Of a stretch of DNA of 64,000 bases, positions 1 through 18,484 are shown in pieces; positions within the stretch are counted from its first letter, which is position 1; each line of letters opens with the position of its first letter. Position numbers and translations under genes: made by a program. The DNA comes from Chrysomallon squamiferum (taxonomy: Eukaryota > Animalia > Mollusca), in assembly GCA_012295275.1 (NCBI GenBank), contig CM022670.1, forward strand, positions 41,726,001 through 41,790,000, given 5' to 3'. Under the pieces are notes generated by a model. It worked only from the letters and a program-made list of their open reading frames with translations. It had not been told where the DNA came from and did not search any database.

Positions 1-102
1 TTTCGTAAACGTTTTACCCAATTTTCTTCTATGTTACTTGTAGCTCCAAATCCCCGTTAACCATAATATTGCTAAAATACTACTACTACTACTACTACTA
101 CT

Positions 103-164
<62 letters not shown>

Positions 165-239
165 GCTAATAATAATAATAATGATAAGTTAATTCATCAT
201 GAATGCTTCGCTAGGTAATCCAGATCGAAGTGAGAAAGG

Positions 240-3200
240 TATACAACACTGCTCTTGCAAAGGTGCGCTGCTTAGTACAACACTGCTCTTACAAAGGTGC
301 GCTGCTTAGTACAACACTGCTCTTACAAAGCTGCTTAGTACAACACTACTGCTCTTACAAACTACCGCTGCTTAGTACAACACTGCACAAAGCTGCTTAG
401 TACAACACTGCTCTTACAAAGGTGCTACTACTTTACTACAACACTGCTCTTACAAAGCTGCTTAGTACAACACTGCTCTTACAACTACTACGCTGCTTAC
501 TACAACACTGCTCTTACTAAGGTGCGCTACTTTAGTACTACTACTACTACTTACTACTAGCTGCTTTAATAATAACAATGATAAGTTACAAAGGAATGCT
601 TCTGCCAGGTAACACCTCTTACAAAGTGAGAAAGGTATTAGTACAACACTGCTCTTACAAAGGTTGCGCGCTTTAGTACAACACTGCTCTTACAAAGCCG
701 CTGCTTAGTACAACACTGCTCTTACAAAGCCGCTTAGTACAACACTGTTTTACAAAGGTGCGCTGCTTAGTACAACACTGCTCTTACAAAGCTGCTTAGT
801 ACAACACTGCTCTTACAAAGGTGCGCTGCTTAGTACAACACTGCTCTTACAAAGGTGCGCTGCTTAGTACAACACTGCTCTTACAAAGGTGCGCTGCTTA
901 GTACAACACTGCTCTTACAAAGGTGCGCTGCTTAGTACAACACTGCTCTTACAAAGGTGCGCTGCTTAGTACAACACTGCTCTTACAAAGCTGCTTAGTA
1001 CAACACTGCTCTTACAAAGGTGCGCTGCTTAGTACAACACTGCTCTTACAAAGGTGCGCTGCTTAGTACAACACTGCTCTTACAAAGCTGCTTAGTACAA
1101 CACTGCTCTTACAAAGGTGCGCTGCTTAGTACAACACTGCTCTTACAAAGCTGCTTAGTACAACACTGCTCTTACAAAGGTGCGCTGCTTAGTACAACAC
1201 TGCTCTTACAAAGCTGCTTAGTACAACACTGCTCTTACAAAGGTGCGCTGCTTAGTACAACACTGCTCTTACAAAGCTGCTTAGTACAACACTGCTCTTA
1301 CAAAGGTGCGCTGCTTAGTACAACACTGCTCTTACAAAGGTGCGCTGCTTTAGTACAACACTGCTCTTACAAAGCCGCTTTAGTACAACACTGCTCTTAC
1401 AAAGGTGCGCTGCTTAGTACAACACTGCTCTTACAAAGCTGCTTAGTACAACACTGCTCTTACAAAGCTGCTTAGTACAACACTGCTCTTACAAAGGTGC
1501 GCTGCTTAGTACAACACTGCTCTTACAAAGGCCTTTTAGTACAACACTGCTCTTACAAAGCTGCTTTAGTACAACACTGCTCTTACAAAGCTGCTTTAGT
1601 ACAACACTGCTCTTACAAAGCCGCTTAGTACAACACTGCTCTTACAAAGCTGCTGCTTTAGTACAACACTGCTCTTACAAAGGTGCGCTGCTTTTAGTAC
1701 AACACTGCTCTTACAAAGGTGCGCTGCTTAGTACAACACTGCTCTTACAAAGGTGCGCTGCTTAGTACAACACTGCTCTTACAAAGCCGCTGCTTAGTAC
1801 AACACTGCTCTTACAAAGCTGCTTAGTACAACACTGCTTTAGCTTAGTACAACACTGTTCTTACAAAGGTGCGCTGCTTAGTACAACACTGCTCTTACAA
1901 AGGTGCGCTGCTTTAGTACAACACTGCTCTTACAAAGGTGCGCTGCTTAGTACAACACTGCTCTTACAAAGGTGCGCTGCTTAGTACAACACTGCTCTTA
2001 CAAAGCTGCTTAGTACAACACTGCTCTTACAAAGGTGCGCTGCTTAGTACAACACTGCTCTTACAAAGCTGCTTAGTACAACACTGCTCTTACAAAGGTG
2101 CGCTGCTTAGTACAACACTGCTCTTACAAAGGTGCGCTGCTTAGTACAACACTGCTCTTACAAAGCTGCTTAGTACAACACTGCTCTTACAAAGGTGCGC
2201 TGCTTAGTACAACACTGCTCTTACAAAGGTGCGCTGCTTAGTACAACACTGCTCTTACAAAGCTGCTTAGTACAACACTGCTCTTACAAAGGTGCGCTGC
2301 TTAGTACAACACTGCTCTTACAAAGCTGCTTTAGTACAACACTGCTCTTACAAAGGTGCGCTGCTTAGTACAACACTGCTCTTACAAAGGTGCGCTGCTT
2401 TAGTACAACACTGCTCTTACAAAGCTGCTTAGTACAACACTGCTCTTACAAAGGTGCGCTGCTTAGTACAACACTGCTCTTACAAAGCTGCTTAGTACAA
2501 CACTGCTCTTACAAAGCTGCTTAGTACAACACTGCTCTTACAAAGGTGCGCTGCTTAGTACAACACTGCTCTTACAAAGCTGCTTAGTACAACACTGCTC
2601 TTACAAAGCTGCTTAGTACAACACTGCTCTTACAAAGCTGCTTAGTACAACACTGCTCTTACAAAGCTGCTTAGTACAACACTGCTCTTACAAAGGTGCG
2701 CTGCTTAGTACAACACTGCTCTTACAAAGCTGCTTAGTACAACACTGCTCTTACAAAGCTGCTTAGTACAACACTGCTCTTACAAAGCTGCTTAGTACAA
2801 CACTGCTCTTACAAAGCTGCTTAGTACAACACTGCTCTTACAAAGGTGCGCTGCTTAGTACAACACTGCTCTTACAAAGGTGCGCTGCTTAGTACAACAC
2901 TGCTCTTACAAAGGTGCGCTGCTTAGTACAACACTGCTCTTACAAAGGTGCGCTGCTTTAGTACAACACTGCTCTTACAAAGCTGCTTAGTACAACACTG
3001 CTTTACAAAGGTGCTGCTTAGTACAACACTGCTCTTACAAAGGTGCGCTGCTTAGTACAACACTGCTCTTACAAAGCTGCTTAGTACAACACTGCTCTTA
3101 CAAAGGTGCGCTGCTTAGTACAACACTGCTCTTACAAAGGTGCGCTGCTTAGTACAACACTGCTCTTACAAAGGTGCGCTGCTTAGTACAACACTGCTCT

Positions 3201-3696
3201 TACAAAGCTGCTTAGTACAACACTGCTCTTACAAAGCTGCTTAGTACAACACTGCTCTTACAAAGGTGCGCTGCTTAGTACAACACTGCTCTTACAAAGC
3301 TGCTTAGTACAACACTGCTCTTACAAAGGTGCGCTGCTTAGTACAACACTGCTCTTACAAAGCTGCTTAGTACAACACTGCTCTTACAAAGCTGCTTAGT
3401 ACAACACTGCTCTTACAAAGGTGCGCTGCTTAGTACAACACTGCTCTTACAAAGGTGCGCTGCTTAGTACAACACTGCTCTTACAAAGCTGCTTAGTACA
3501 ACACTGCTCTTACAAAGGTGCGCTGCTTAGTACAACACTGCTCTTACAAAGGTGCGCTGCTTAGTACAACACTGCTCTTACAAAGCTGCTTAGTACAACA
3601 CTGCTCTTACAAAGCTGCTTAGTACAACACTGCTCTTACAAAGGTGCGCTGCTTAGTACAACACTGCTCTTACAAAGCTGCTTAGTACAACACTGT
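240..3696. repeat. Minisatellite of two unit variants, 29 bp (cttagtacaacactgctcttacaaagctg) and 34 bp (with extra gtgcg)
   Basis: Roughly 100 near-identical head-to-tail units with no unique spacers; 29+34=63 bp alternation explains the repetitive ORFs at 1020 and 1938. Confidence 0.97.
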
Positions 3697-3821
3697 TAAA
3701 ATGAATGCAGCTCTTGAATGCAGCATGCAGATCTTTAGAAACAGTTAGAGAGACGAAAGTGAATCTGTCAAAATTTGTTTCAATAATATCTTCATTTGTA
3801 TATTTTTATTTTATTTTTCAG

Positions 3822-6148
3822 AGTCCACACGAGTTTTTACTGGTATTTACTTTGATTTTATTATTATTATTTTTTTTTTCCTATTATTTTTTTTTTTAAA
3901 TCCAATATTAAAAAAAAATTATTAAAAAGAAAAACAGTAATTTAGTAAAAAGATAAAAAATAATAGCGATAACAAGAAGAAAATACATCAATATTTCTAC
4001 TGTTCTCTCACTGCTCATTCTTTTTCTGTATTATTATTATTATTATTGTTGTCGTTGTAGTCGTTGTTATATTCAAAAGAATCTTTGAACCACATATACT
4101 TTTGTCAAGATATTTAATAATAAATGAAACAAACTATTTTCACTGAAACTGTTTTAGAGGATTTGGAACTGAATGGAACAAGAGCAGTTGCAGGCGGTAA
4201 AAGCGCTCAGTATATGTGCAGAATTCCTGTAAAACAAATAAAGGAATATCCTGTGACTTTTCTTCCGTTTGGAAAGACGGTTTGTTCTATATTCCCAAAC
4301 TGCAGTGTTAAAGCTATCGACGGCTTTGAATGCAAATGTTTGAAGTCCACAGACAATGCATCTTATTTCTTCTTGAGTATTAAAAAGACCACAAGAAGGT
4401 TTGGATTTTTAATATATTGCTCGTTTCACGGTCAAAAGAGTAACAAATTGTGGGTAATGGTTTACAGTAAGTTTTTCATGTTATATTTCTATCCATAAAT
4501 GTCAGATATATTTACAAAACTCTCTGTATATGTATGTTTCTGTCTGTCTGTCTGTCTGTCTTTCCCTCTTCTAACAATGCAGAGACACGCTTGCGTATTT
4601 TACGCACACTCGTGTAGAATGCGTATAAACACTTGTGCGTCAAATAAGTATGTTCACAATTATTACGTACAAATATACATTAAATATTGTCAAACATTTA
4701 ATTACAAAGTTACAAAAATATATTAAATAATGAATGTGTTCGTATACTGACCTAAATATATACAATAAATTAGTAAATATGTTCCTACAAAGATATACTT
4801 TAACTCATTACTAACAAATAGTCCTCCTTTATACGTCCATCTGATTCTGTTATTACTTTGATTCTGTTATTACTCTGATTCTGTTATTACTCTGATTCTG
4901 TTATTACTTTGATTCTGTTATTACTCTGATTCTGTTATTACTCTGATTCTGTTATTACTTTGATTCTGTTATTACTCTGATTCTGTTATTACTTTGATTC
5001 TGTTATTACTCTGATTCTGTTATTACTCTGATTCTGTTATTACTTTGATTCTGTTATTACTCTGATTCTGTTATTACTTTGATTCTGTTATTACCTGATT
5101 CTGTTATTACTCTGATTCTGTTATTACTTTGATTCTGTTATTACTCTGATTCTGTTATTACTTTGATTCTGTTATTACCTGATTCTGTTATTACTCTGAT
5201 TCTGTTATTACTTTGATTCTGTTATTACTCTGATTCTGTTATTACTCTGATTCTGTTATTACTTTGATTCTGTTATTACTCTGATTCTGTTATTACTTTG
5301 ATTCTGTTATTACTCTGATTCTGTTATTACTCTGATTCTGTTATTACTTTGATTCTGTTATTACTCTGATTCTGTTATTACTCTGATTCTGTTATTACTC
5401 TGATTCTGTTATTACTCTGATTCTGTTATTACTTTGATTCTGTTATTACTCTGATTCTGTTATTACTTTGATTCTGTTATTACTCTGATTCTGTTATTAC
5501 TCTGATTCTGTTATTACTCTGATTCTGTTATTACTCTGATTCTGTTATTACTCTGATTCTGTTATTACTTTTACTTTGCGCTGCACTTCGCCTGCAGTGG
5601 TCCTAACAAAGAGTTTTAATGTTTTAAATGCCTGTAAGCTTTGTTTTATATCTTTCTTGTTAAAACTTGACACTTTCTGTAACACTTCCACCAACACAAA
5701 TCACTAATAATGTTTTTTCTACGAGCAATAATAGTACTTAACAGTGTGATTGCATTCAAAATCTCAAATCTTGAACTTATATATATAGATAATTGTATAT
5801 GTGTCTGAGCGTGTGTGTGTGATAGAAATAAAAATTAGAATTATCAAATGTAGTAATCGACACATATAAAGAACTGTACAGTAATGACATATATGTTATT
5901 TAGAATACCTACGTGTCCAGTTCTAGATAGTAACATTACAATTTGTTGTAGTTCAGTATTAAAATTAATTTGAACATACCTTTATCTGTTTTTATTTTAT
6001 TTTCAGAAATGTACCATTTCGATACTGGTATTTCATTTTTTTCTCATAATTAATATCAAAAATAATATATAACAACATAGGTAACAACAACAAAAGCAAG
6101 AAAAATATCAATAACATATCCCGATGTTATCATTATTCATTCGTTTTC

Positions 6149-6210
<62 letters not shown>

Positions 6211-6771
6211 GTATTTATTGTTATGGTTATTTTGTATTTTTTTATTAGTATATTTGATCTATTCTTTTTTAATACAACTTTATTTTTATATTTTCAGTTA
6301 GCTTTACATTCAGCTTATGTCAGAACATCGAGAAATACCTTTGTAAACATAGTCAAATTATTTTCACTAACATACGAAATTAATTGTTTTAGAGAATATA
6401 GCATTGTCGGGACCTACAATCATTAGAGGTAATGAACCAATTGCGTATGAGTGCAAAGTTCCTTTGAAACAACAACGAAGAACATTTTTACTAACAGACG
6501 CACCTATGAAGTTTCTGGTCAGTCAAGGAGTAATGTGCAGTGTGTACCCAGACTGCAATGTTCGTGAATATTTCGGCGGCTATGAATGTAACTGTGTGAA
6601 CTCCACAGACAAAGCTTCTTACTACCTCATGACTATTAAAATCCCAAAGACATTAATGGTCCTTTGGTGTATTGCGCATTTGACGGTCATGTGAGCAATA
6701 TAATTGTTCTTCGAGGTATAGAGTAAGTTGATATTGAATATACATATAAATACATACATACATACATACAT

Positions 6772-6824
<53 letters not shown>

Positions 6825-7066
6825 ACTATGGCTTTTACCACTGCGTAATGTATTTTTTAACCACCTTTTCTCACACACACACTTGCACATGCCTACTTAC
6901 ATATTAACCTGTCATTCAGATGTGTTCAGTCCACGATCTTATAGCTGAAAAATAAAATCGCAGTACATTTCTCTAATAATAATAATAATAATAACAAACA
7001 TATTTAGGAAGATATAATAAAAATATTTGTATTATTTTCAGACCAAAGTTTCTCATTGGGAAGTAG
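3822..7066 (+). CDS. Six-Cys Ig-like two-domain protein, paralog 1 (5'-partial; 1-nt frameshift in domain B)
   Basis: Exons 3822-3842 (21-nt micro-exon), 4158-4466 (domain A), 6007-6027 (micro-exon), 6393-6722 (domain B, one A short at 6638-6641), 7042-7066 (EPKFLIGK*). All AG/GT bounded with compatible phases; AATAAA at 7101. Signal exon not found in window. Confidence 0.8.
4842..5570. repeat. 17-bp minisatellite (tgattctgttattact[c/t]) in an intron of paralog 1
   Basis: About 43 tandem copies; absent from the equivalent intron of paralog 2. Confidence 0.95.
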
Positions 7067-8469
7067 AAGATAAAAAGAAAATTTAATTTAAAAAGTAATC
7101 AATAAAAATAAAAATAACTGTTGATACGTGTAACATAGTTTGTTAGAAATGCACCACAAATGGCAGACGAGGAAAAACGAGACCAGTTTTCTAGTAAGTG
7201 TGTAGTGGTGATGTGATTAATGTGTAACCCGCAAAAAACTATTATATACTATTAATTGAACTAATTATACTGATATAATAGGTTACATTCACTGGTATTT
7301 ACAAACCTCAAACAGTCAGTAATATGTTAATTAAATAAATTAAAAAAACGACAGAAACTTCGAAAACGTAAGATTATACAACATGAGGTAACATAACGTG
7401 GTATCTCCAAAAAGTTATATTTGTATTGTTTTATTATTATTATTATTGTTGTTGTTGTTATCAACACCATCATCATCATTATTATTATTTCCATTAAATA
7501 AATGTCGATTTATTTATGAAGCTAGACAAAACTAATAATAAAACTAATAATAATAATAAAAAAATAATATAATATAACAACAAAATAAAAGTCAAAAAAA
7601 CAAAAAAAACAAAAAACAAAATGTTGACGTTATCAATTAAAATAAATAAAAAACAGATTCATGCATCGTAAATAAAAAACAGATTGATGTACAATATTTA
7701 TATTCACTGAGAATTCTGCATTTTTTTTTTTTTTTATAAATGTACACATTTTCATATCTATTGATTACATATTTATTTTATATAAATATTTCATGGTCAG
7801 AAATTTTCCTAGTATTTATATATACAGTAATGTTTCTTTCATTCTTCAGAATATCCAGAACTTGTCCATTTCAATTTTTGATCGCTATGTGACATCTACA
7901 TTAAAGGATGCCAATTTTCATAGGTTTTCATTAATTCTAGAAAAACCCATATTAGAGTAATGGAAAGACTTCTACTAATATTATTGCTACTGCTACTGCA
8001 AGAACAACAACAACAACAATTACTGCAATTACTACTACCACTCCCACTACCATTACTATCGTTGCTAATACTAATAATTCTGGTAATGATAAATTTATTT
8101 ATAATTTAAAACTTCTGTGACAGATTCATTTATTCATACCATTTTTTAAGGTTTGCTTCTAATTTTGAGTGTTGATAATAATTACAATAACTGTAACGAT
8201 GTTTTATTTAAAACGTGAAATAGTACCACATGACATTTGTGTTACAGAATTCAGCTGTAATTCGTTCCAGTCAATGACCTGACTATTACTTAAATATGTG
8301 CAGTGATATACTTTGTCAACTAAAATTAATCTATTTGGAAATGTGTAATGAGTCTAATCTAAAGCACAAAAATAACAAATATAGACCTATAATTTTCTAC
8401 ACGAAAAAGTATTGAAATAGGATCAGAATTTGAAAACTGTGGCATCTGTGTCTGGACTTTAGTGAAAAT

Positions 8470-8985
8470 GTTTAGGATAATAATTAGTAGGAATTTGGTG
8501 GACTCCTACCAGGCTTTAGAATAGGAACGACAGCTGACTTCCTCTATTCAGAATCAGACGTTATTCAACGTGTTTAGAAGAAGAAAGAGATAAGAGTTTG
8601 ATAAATGTTAAAATAATTGACTGGTTTTTTTCACATTGACCTGAGGAAGTATCATCCTGCAACTCTTTAGCATTTTCAGATGAAAAATTAATATTCTGCT
8701 TTTTCGTTATAAAAGTGAAAACACCAGTGCTGAAAGCAGAACAAGAGTCAGGAGAAACATTATCTGCCAATGCGTTATTAATATCACGTGACGTTATATC
8801 ATTGTCGGACAAATGATGAACGATGATACTGGATTCTGTTGTCTTCATTTTTCGGATCTTATTCCACATAGATTTAACCGATGTTTGGCAGTTCAGATTA
8901 GAGACGTCTTCCTATTGTGTCGAATATCTTTGAGTCTCTTACCCTAACGATGCGATAGGCCTTCAGATTGCACTCCGTAGGTTAA
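8470..8985 (-). mobile_element. Decayed non-LTR retrotransposon (I/Jockey-group LINE) ORF2 fragment
   Basis: WNKIRKMK...ITSRDINNALADNVS...INFSSENA...ELQD followed by a degenerate IPKPGKD-P-NY-like motif, typical of the endonuclease-RT linker; many disablements. Confidence 0.7.
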
Positions 8986-8995
8986 TGTTGTATTT

Positions 8996-9060
<65 letters not shown>

Positions 9061-9894
9061 ACCAAAGCTGACATCAATGGCAGTCAGTCTGATAGTCGTA
9101 TCATATAATGTATATAATATTCAGTAAACACAAAGTTAATAATCATTGAACCATCATTTTCTGTAGTCGTTTGAAACTTTTTTTTTTTTTTTTTAGTTTT
9201 TTTTCGTTTTTTTCTTTCTTTCTTTTTTTTTTTTTTTTTTTTTTAATGTTTCTAAACCAAAGACATTCGATAAGTAATCTGATTTTATACATTACAATAA
9301 AAACATGTTACGATTCCAACCAACAGCAGTTCATATACAGTTCACACCTACCTACCTCCAAGAACTGAAAGATTTGTTTTTAACTTCTTTTTAGATCTAT
9401 CTATCTATCTGCACATCCATACACACACACATATCCATTTGCTTAACTCTTTAGAAACAAAAGTATATGTCTCTGGTTATAAAGTAGAATGTTAAATGTA
9501 AACAGAATGGTTTGGTATAAGCGGATACGGATATGCCAATGTTTTGAAACTTCTTCAACGTGTTTTTAAAATCTATCATTGTCAGATATGTGCGATTCAT
9601 ATAATGTTCCAAATCATACCTGATTTAATTCATACTTTTACAGATGTTATTATATTAATATTTATTTACTTATTTTGTTATAAATTCAGTTATTGGTGTA
9701 ATTATTTCAAAAGGTTAGCAGTATCAGGCTTACCATGATTTCAGTAAAATTCAAACATATGAATAAATGAAGTACAATAAAAACAGGCCAATAGATGTCA
9801 GATAAGATCCTGTTTTGTAATAACATCTGGTACATGAAAATTCGCTATGTAAATATATTCACTGATAGCTGCAAAACACACACCGGTCTCAGAG

Positions 9895-13711
<3,817 letters not shown>

Positions 13712-14940
13712 AAGATGAAACGAATATTTGTTTCGAATGGTAATAAATAAAAATAACTGTTGATACGTGAAACATAGTTTGTTAGAAATGCACCACAAAT
13801 GACAGACGAGGAAAAACGAGACCAGTTTTCTAGTAAGTGTGTAGTGGTGATGTGATTAATGCGTAACCCGCAAAAAACTATTATATACTATTACTTGAAC
13901 TAATTATACTGATATAATAGGTTACATTCACTGGCATTTACAAACCTCAGAAGATCAGTAAAAATTTCGACAAACAGCATTAGGTGGACGTCAGACTGTT
14001 ATCTCTGTACACAGAAAATATATGCACATACACATACATAAGCACACGCATAAACATACACGTATATACACATACATAGATACATGGATACAAACATGCA
14101 GATACGAAACTGATACATGTAAACATACTCAAATACACAGGCACTCATCCACAATCACATATCCGCATAGATATATACATGAAAACAGATATATGAATAC
14201 AAAAATAAATATATACATCATATGTACATACAAATGAATATAGATATACACACAGACATAGAAACCGATTTACCCACAGAGATACACACATGGGTATACA
14301 CACTGTCAAGCACATACTATGTAGACTGGATAGATTCACACGTTCCGTCATACATACACATACACAGTAAACTGATATGAAAGTCCTAAAACATTTATCA
14401 AAGGAACACGAAGGATAAATTGTATCGATTAGATATGTGACGTCAGCGGGTGTACAACATTTATCTCAAATCTGCTATTAATTTAGAATTGTTTCACAGT
14501 AACACCAGTACAGACGTTGATTTATTTCAGAATATTTTAAATAACAATATTAAGTTCTTTCTTACCTATAAAATTCTAGTGAATTAAACTTGTTATGGTT
14601 TTATTATTATTATTATTGCTGTTGTTGTTGTTGATAACATTATCATTATTACATTATTATATATATTAAATAAATGTTGATTAAAGTAAAAAAATAAAAA
14701 AAAATAAAAATAAAGCATTCGCTGATTCCGTCAGTTAGATTAAAGCAATCCAGACTAGCAGTCTGTCTGTATTCCCAATTATTTAAAACAGTTAACAGAT
14801 ATTTTCATCTCTCAGTAACATTAATTTTCTTAACATCTGTCTCACAAAAACATAAAGCAAACATGACTGGTCACAGAAAAAAGAAACAGTTGAAATGTGT
14901 GTGTGTGTTTGTGTGTATGTGAGTGTGTGTGTGTGTGTGT

Positions 14941-14972
<32 letters not shown>

Positions 14973-16490
14973 TTTGTATGTGTGTGTGTGACAGCCTGAT
15001 AAAATCATCACATGACAGAAAAATCAAACGTGACTTATTATAACTTTAAAGAGCAGCATTTTTGCATTCTTATGTTTGAGATCTAACGAGAATTAGGGAA
15101 TGACAAACATATTTAGTGATTGTTCTTGATAGAGAATTATTACATAAAATAAACATATACACACAACAACATATATATATATTATATGATATAAAAAGTA
15201 AACTGCTACTCAGTGATCATTTGCTAGTTATCAGTTAGTAATAAGGAATCTATGATAAATACCTTCCTAAATACTGGATTTTGACAACCTGTATAAAGGT
15301 GAGATAAACATTCCTATAATTAGTAATATAGTTTTAAAAAATACCTATGAAGTGTTATTCATAGACTGCCATTTTTCTTGTGCTTTTACCAATAAACAAA
15401 CAAACAAACAAACAAATAAATAAATAAATGAAGTAAAATAAATAAAAAAAACAGTCTTATGTATCGTAAAATAAAAAATAATAATAAAATTGTGATGTAC
15501 AATATTTACATTCACTAAGAGTTGTTTTTATCTATTTATTATATGTTTGTTTTATATCAATATTTAATTTTCAGAAATTTCCTTAGTACTTATATATACA
15601 GTAATGTTTCTTTCATTCTTCAGCCTATACAGAACTTGTCAGTTTCAATTTTTGATCGCTTTGTGACATCTACATTAAAGGCTGCCAATTTTCATAGGTT
15701 TTCATTAATTCTAGAAAAGCCTTTATTAGAGTAATGATAAGACTTCTACTAATATCACTGCTACTGCTACTGCTACAGCAAGAACAACACCAACAACTAT
15801 TACTTCTATTATTACTATTACAATCACCGCTAATACTACTAATGCTACTAATTCTTGTAATGATAAATTATTTTATAATTTAAAAATTATATGACAGCTT
15901 CATTTATTCATACCATTTTTTAATGTTTGCTTCTAATTTTGAGTGTTGATAATAATTACAACAATTGTAAAGATGTTTTATTTAAAATGTGAAATAGTAC
16001 AACATGACATTTGTGTTACAGAATTCAGCTGAAATTGGTTCCAGTCAATGACCTGACTATTACTTAAATATGTGCAGTGATATACTTGGTCATCTAAAAT
16101 TAATCCATTTGGAAATGTGTACTTCTGCTTTGAGTCTAATGAGTCTAAACTAAAGCACAAAAATAACAACTATAGACCTATAATTTTCTATGAGAAAAAA
16201 TATTGAAATAGGATCAGAACTTGAAAACGATAGTATCTGTGTCTTGACAAAATACGAGCAGAAGTTATTTAAATTAGTACAGTACAAGTATACATTAAAT
16301 AATTAAATACATCAGTCTCCTTTCTTTGTACGGCTTTAAAGACAGTCTTCAAGTTAACTCGGTTTAGGAATAGCAGATTGTTTTTATTTAAGACGTAGTG
16401 AATTTCACTACAAATTGTCCATGTGAAATAACAAAATTCAAGAATTAAATAGCTTTCAAATTTAATAATAACAGTAGTAGTAGCACTGAG

Positions 16491-16559
<69 letters not shown>

Positions 16560-16599
16560 CAATAAATCAATAAATCAATAAATCTAACAAGGTGATCGA

Positions 16600-17420
16600 T
16601 ATATCGTGTTGCGTTGGCTCTGAACCACTCTGCAGTTCTGAAAACAGTTTGTAGGAATCGATGTATCAAATGAGTCTATAACTGATCAGTCATTTCATAG
16701 TTTTGCAGAGACAACAGGTATATAATTACTAAGATTTGTTGGATCCTGGCCAGTCTTTGCAATAGCAACGACAATTGGTTTCCTCTATTCAGAAGAAAAG
16801 TCACCAGAATTGATTTAAAATGTTTGGAAGAAGCAAGAGAGAAGATATGTAAGTAACAGGTGGTGTACTTCATCTGGAACTCTGGAAGTATCACTCAACA
16901 ACTCGTCTATATACTTCAGCATTTCCAAATTAAAAAATAATATTCTAATTTTCCATTAAAAAAGTGAAAACACCATTGCTAGAAAGACGATGAAGAATTA
17001 TGAGAAAGATTATCAGCATCACTAATGTCACGTGACATGTAATAATGAACTGTGATGCTGGATTCCATTTCAGTCATTTTTCGGATCCTATTCCATGTAG
17101 ATTTAACCGATGTTTGGGAATTCAGATTAGAGATTTAACTTCTCCAAGATGTCCAAGAATAGTGTGTCGAATATCTCTGAGTCTCTTAACCTAATAAAGC
17201 TTTCAGATTGCCCTCTGTTTGTTAAAGTGTGAACCTTTCAAGGTGCCTCTTTGATTGCATGTTTACAAGAAGCAGTAAACCTTTGTTTATTGAATCATTT
17301 TGGTACTTCCGAAATAATCTTAGGAATAGTTTCTTCTACATGAACTCCAGGGCTAAATGTCAGAGATTAACTACGAGTCAAACACCAGTATCCCATCATC
17401 CACTTCACTGGAGGCATCAT
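16600..17420 (-). mobile_element. Decayed LINE ORF2 fragment, duplicate of the relic at 8470-8985 (longer copy)
   Basis: Shared sequence, e.g. tagatttaaccgatgtttgg..ttcagattagaga and aaaagtgaaaacacca, at the same position relative to the duplicated gene. Confidence 0.7.
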
Positions 17421-18213
17421 GGCAAATAAGGCGCCTCATACTAGGAGTTTTGCATTATACGAATTGTCACCCCTGCATCATGTTGACATTATTAAACACT
17501 AGTTTGTGGGGTCTCTCCCTGTCTGGTTTATGTGTGTTTGTATATCTGTATATATATTGAATATATGAATGGATCTGTATGTTTGTGTGTATCTTAAAAT
17601 ATGGCATATAGGCTGACTGAACTGTTTTCTTCAAGTGCAAAATTTATTAAAATACAACAAAAACAAACAAACAACAAATACAGTAAAAATTTGAATTGCA
17701 GACATCGTGTCAGTGCGGTGAGCTAGCTAGTCATAAAACTGAATGTCATTGCCCGAACGATGATTTGTAATTAAACCATGAAAGCGTCATTTGTATATTC
17801 AGTCTTCAAAATATACTGGTTACCTAAAGTTAACCCATTAACAATCTCACTGACTGGTTGAGGGCGATGTAGATCAGAATATCTAGACTATTATGTCAGT
17901 ATGTTCACGTATTCAAGTAGAACAGTATATAAAATGTTTTACAGTGATTCACAACACAATAATACATTCATTAGAACGTACAGAATCTCTTATCAGTTTT
18001 ACATAACATATAATTCTGCTAGATACACCGTGGAGAGGTATTTTGTCACGAAGACAGATCCCGTTTTGATAACAGCCCGAACAAACTGCATGTATTAATC
18101 AGCATTTTTTCTTTATTATTATCATTATTATGATTATTGTTATTGTTATTATTATTATTATTCTTTTAAAGAAATGCTCGTTTCAAAGATATCTTCTACT
18201 TCCACAGAGGGTA

Positions 18214-18448
18214 TCAATCCTTCGTTCTGAAAGTTATACAAATGCTTTGTTAGGTTTTTCTTCATGTATTAAGGATTTTATTTCATATTATTATTATTAT
18301 TATTATTGATAGAATTAAGATTTTACTTTTGAGCAATGTAATCATCGACTGAACAACTTACATGGTATGTAAAACACAGCCCGTCTTTATAATGTATGAT
18401 GTGTGCATCTTTGAGAAGAAAGAATGGTTAGCAAAAGACATAGTTTTA

Positions 18449-18484
<36 letters not shown>

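Noticed and set aside
240-3696. CRISPR-like array or repetitive Cys-rich ORFs (1020-1475, 1938-2144)
   Set aside because: No unique spacers and no cas genes in a eukaryotic context; the ORFs arise from 63-bp periodicity and break at unit changes
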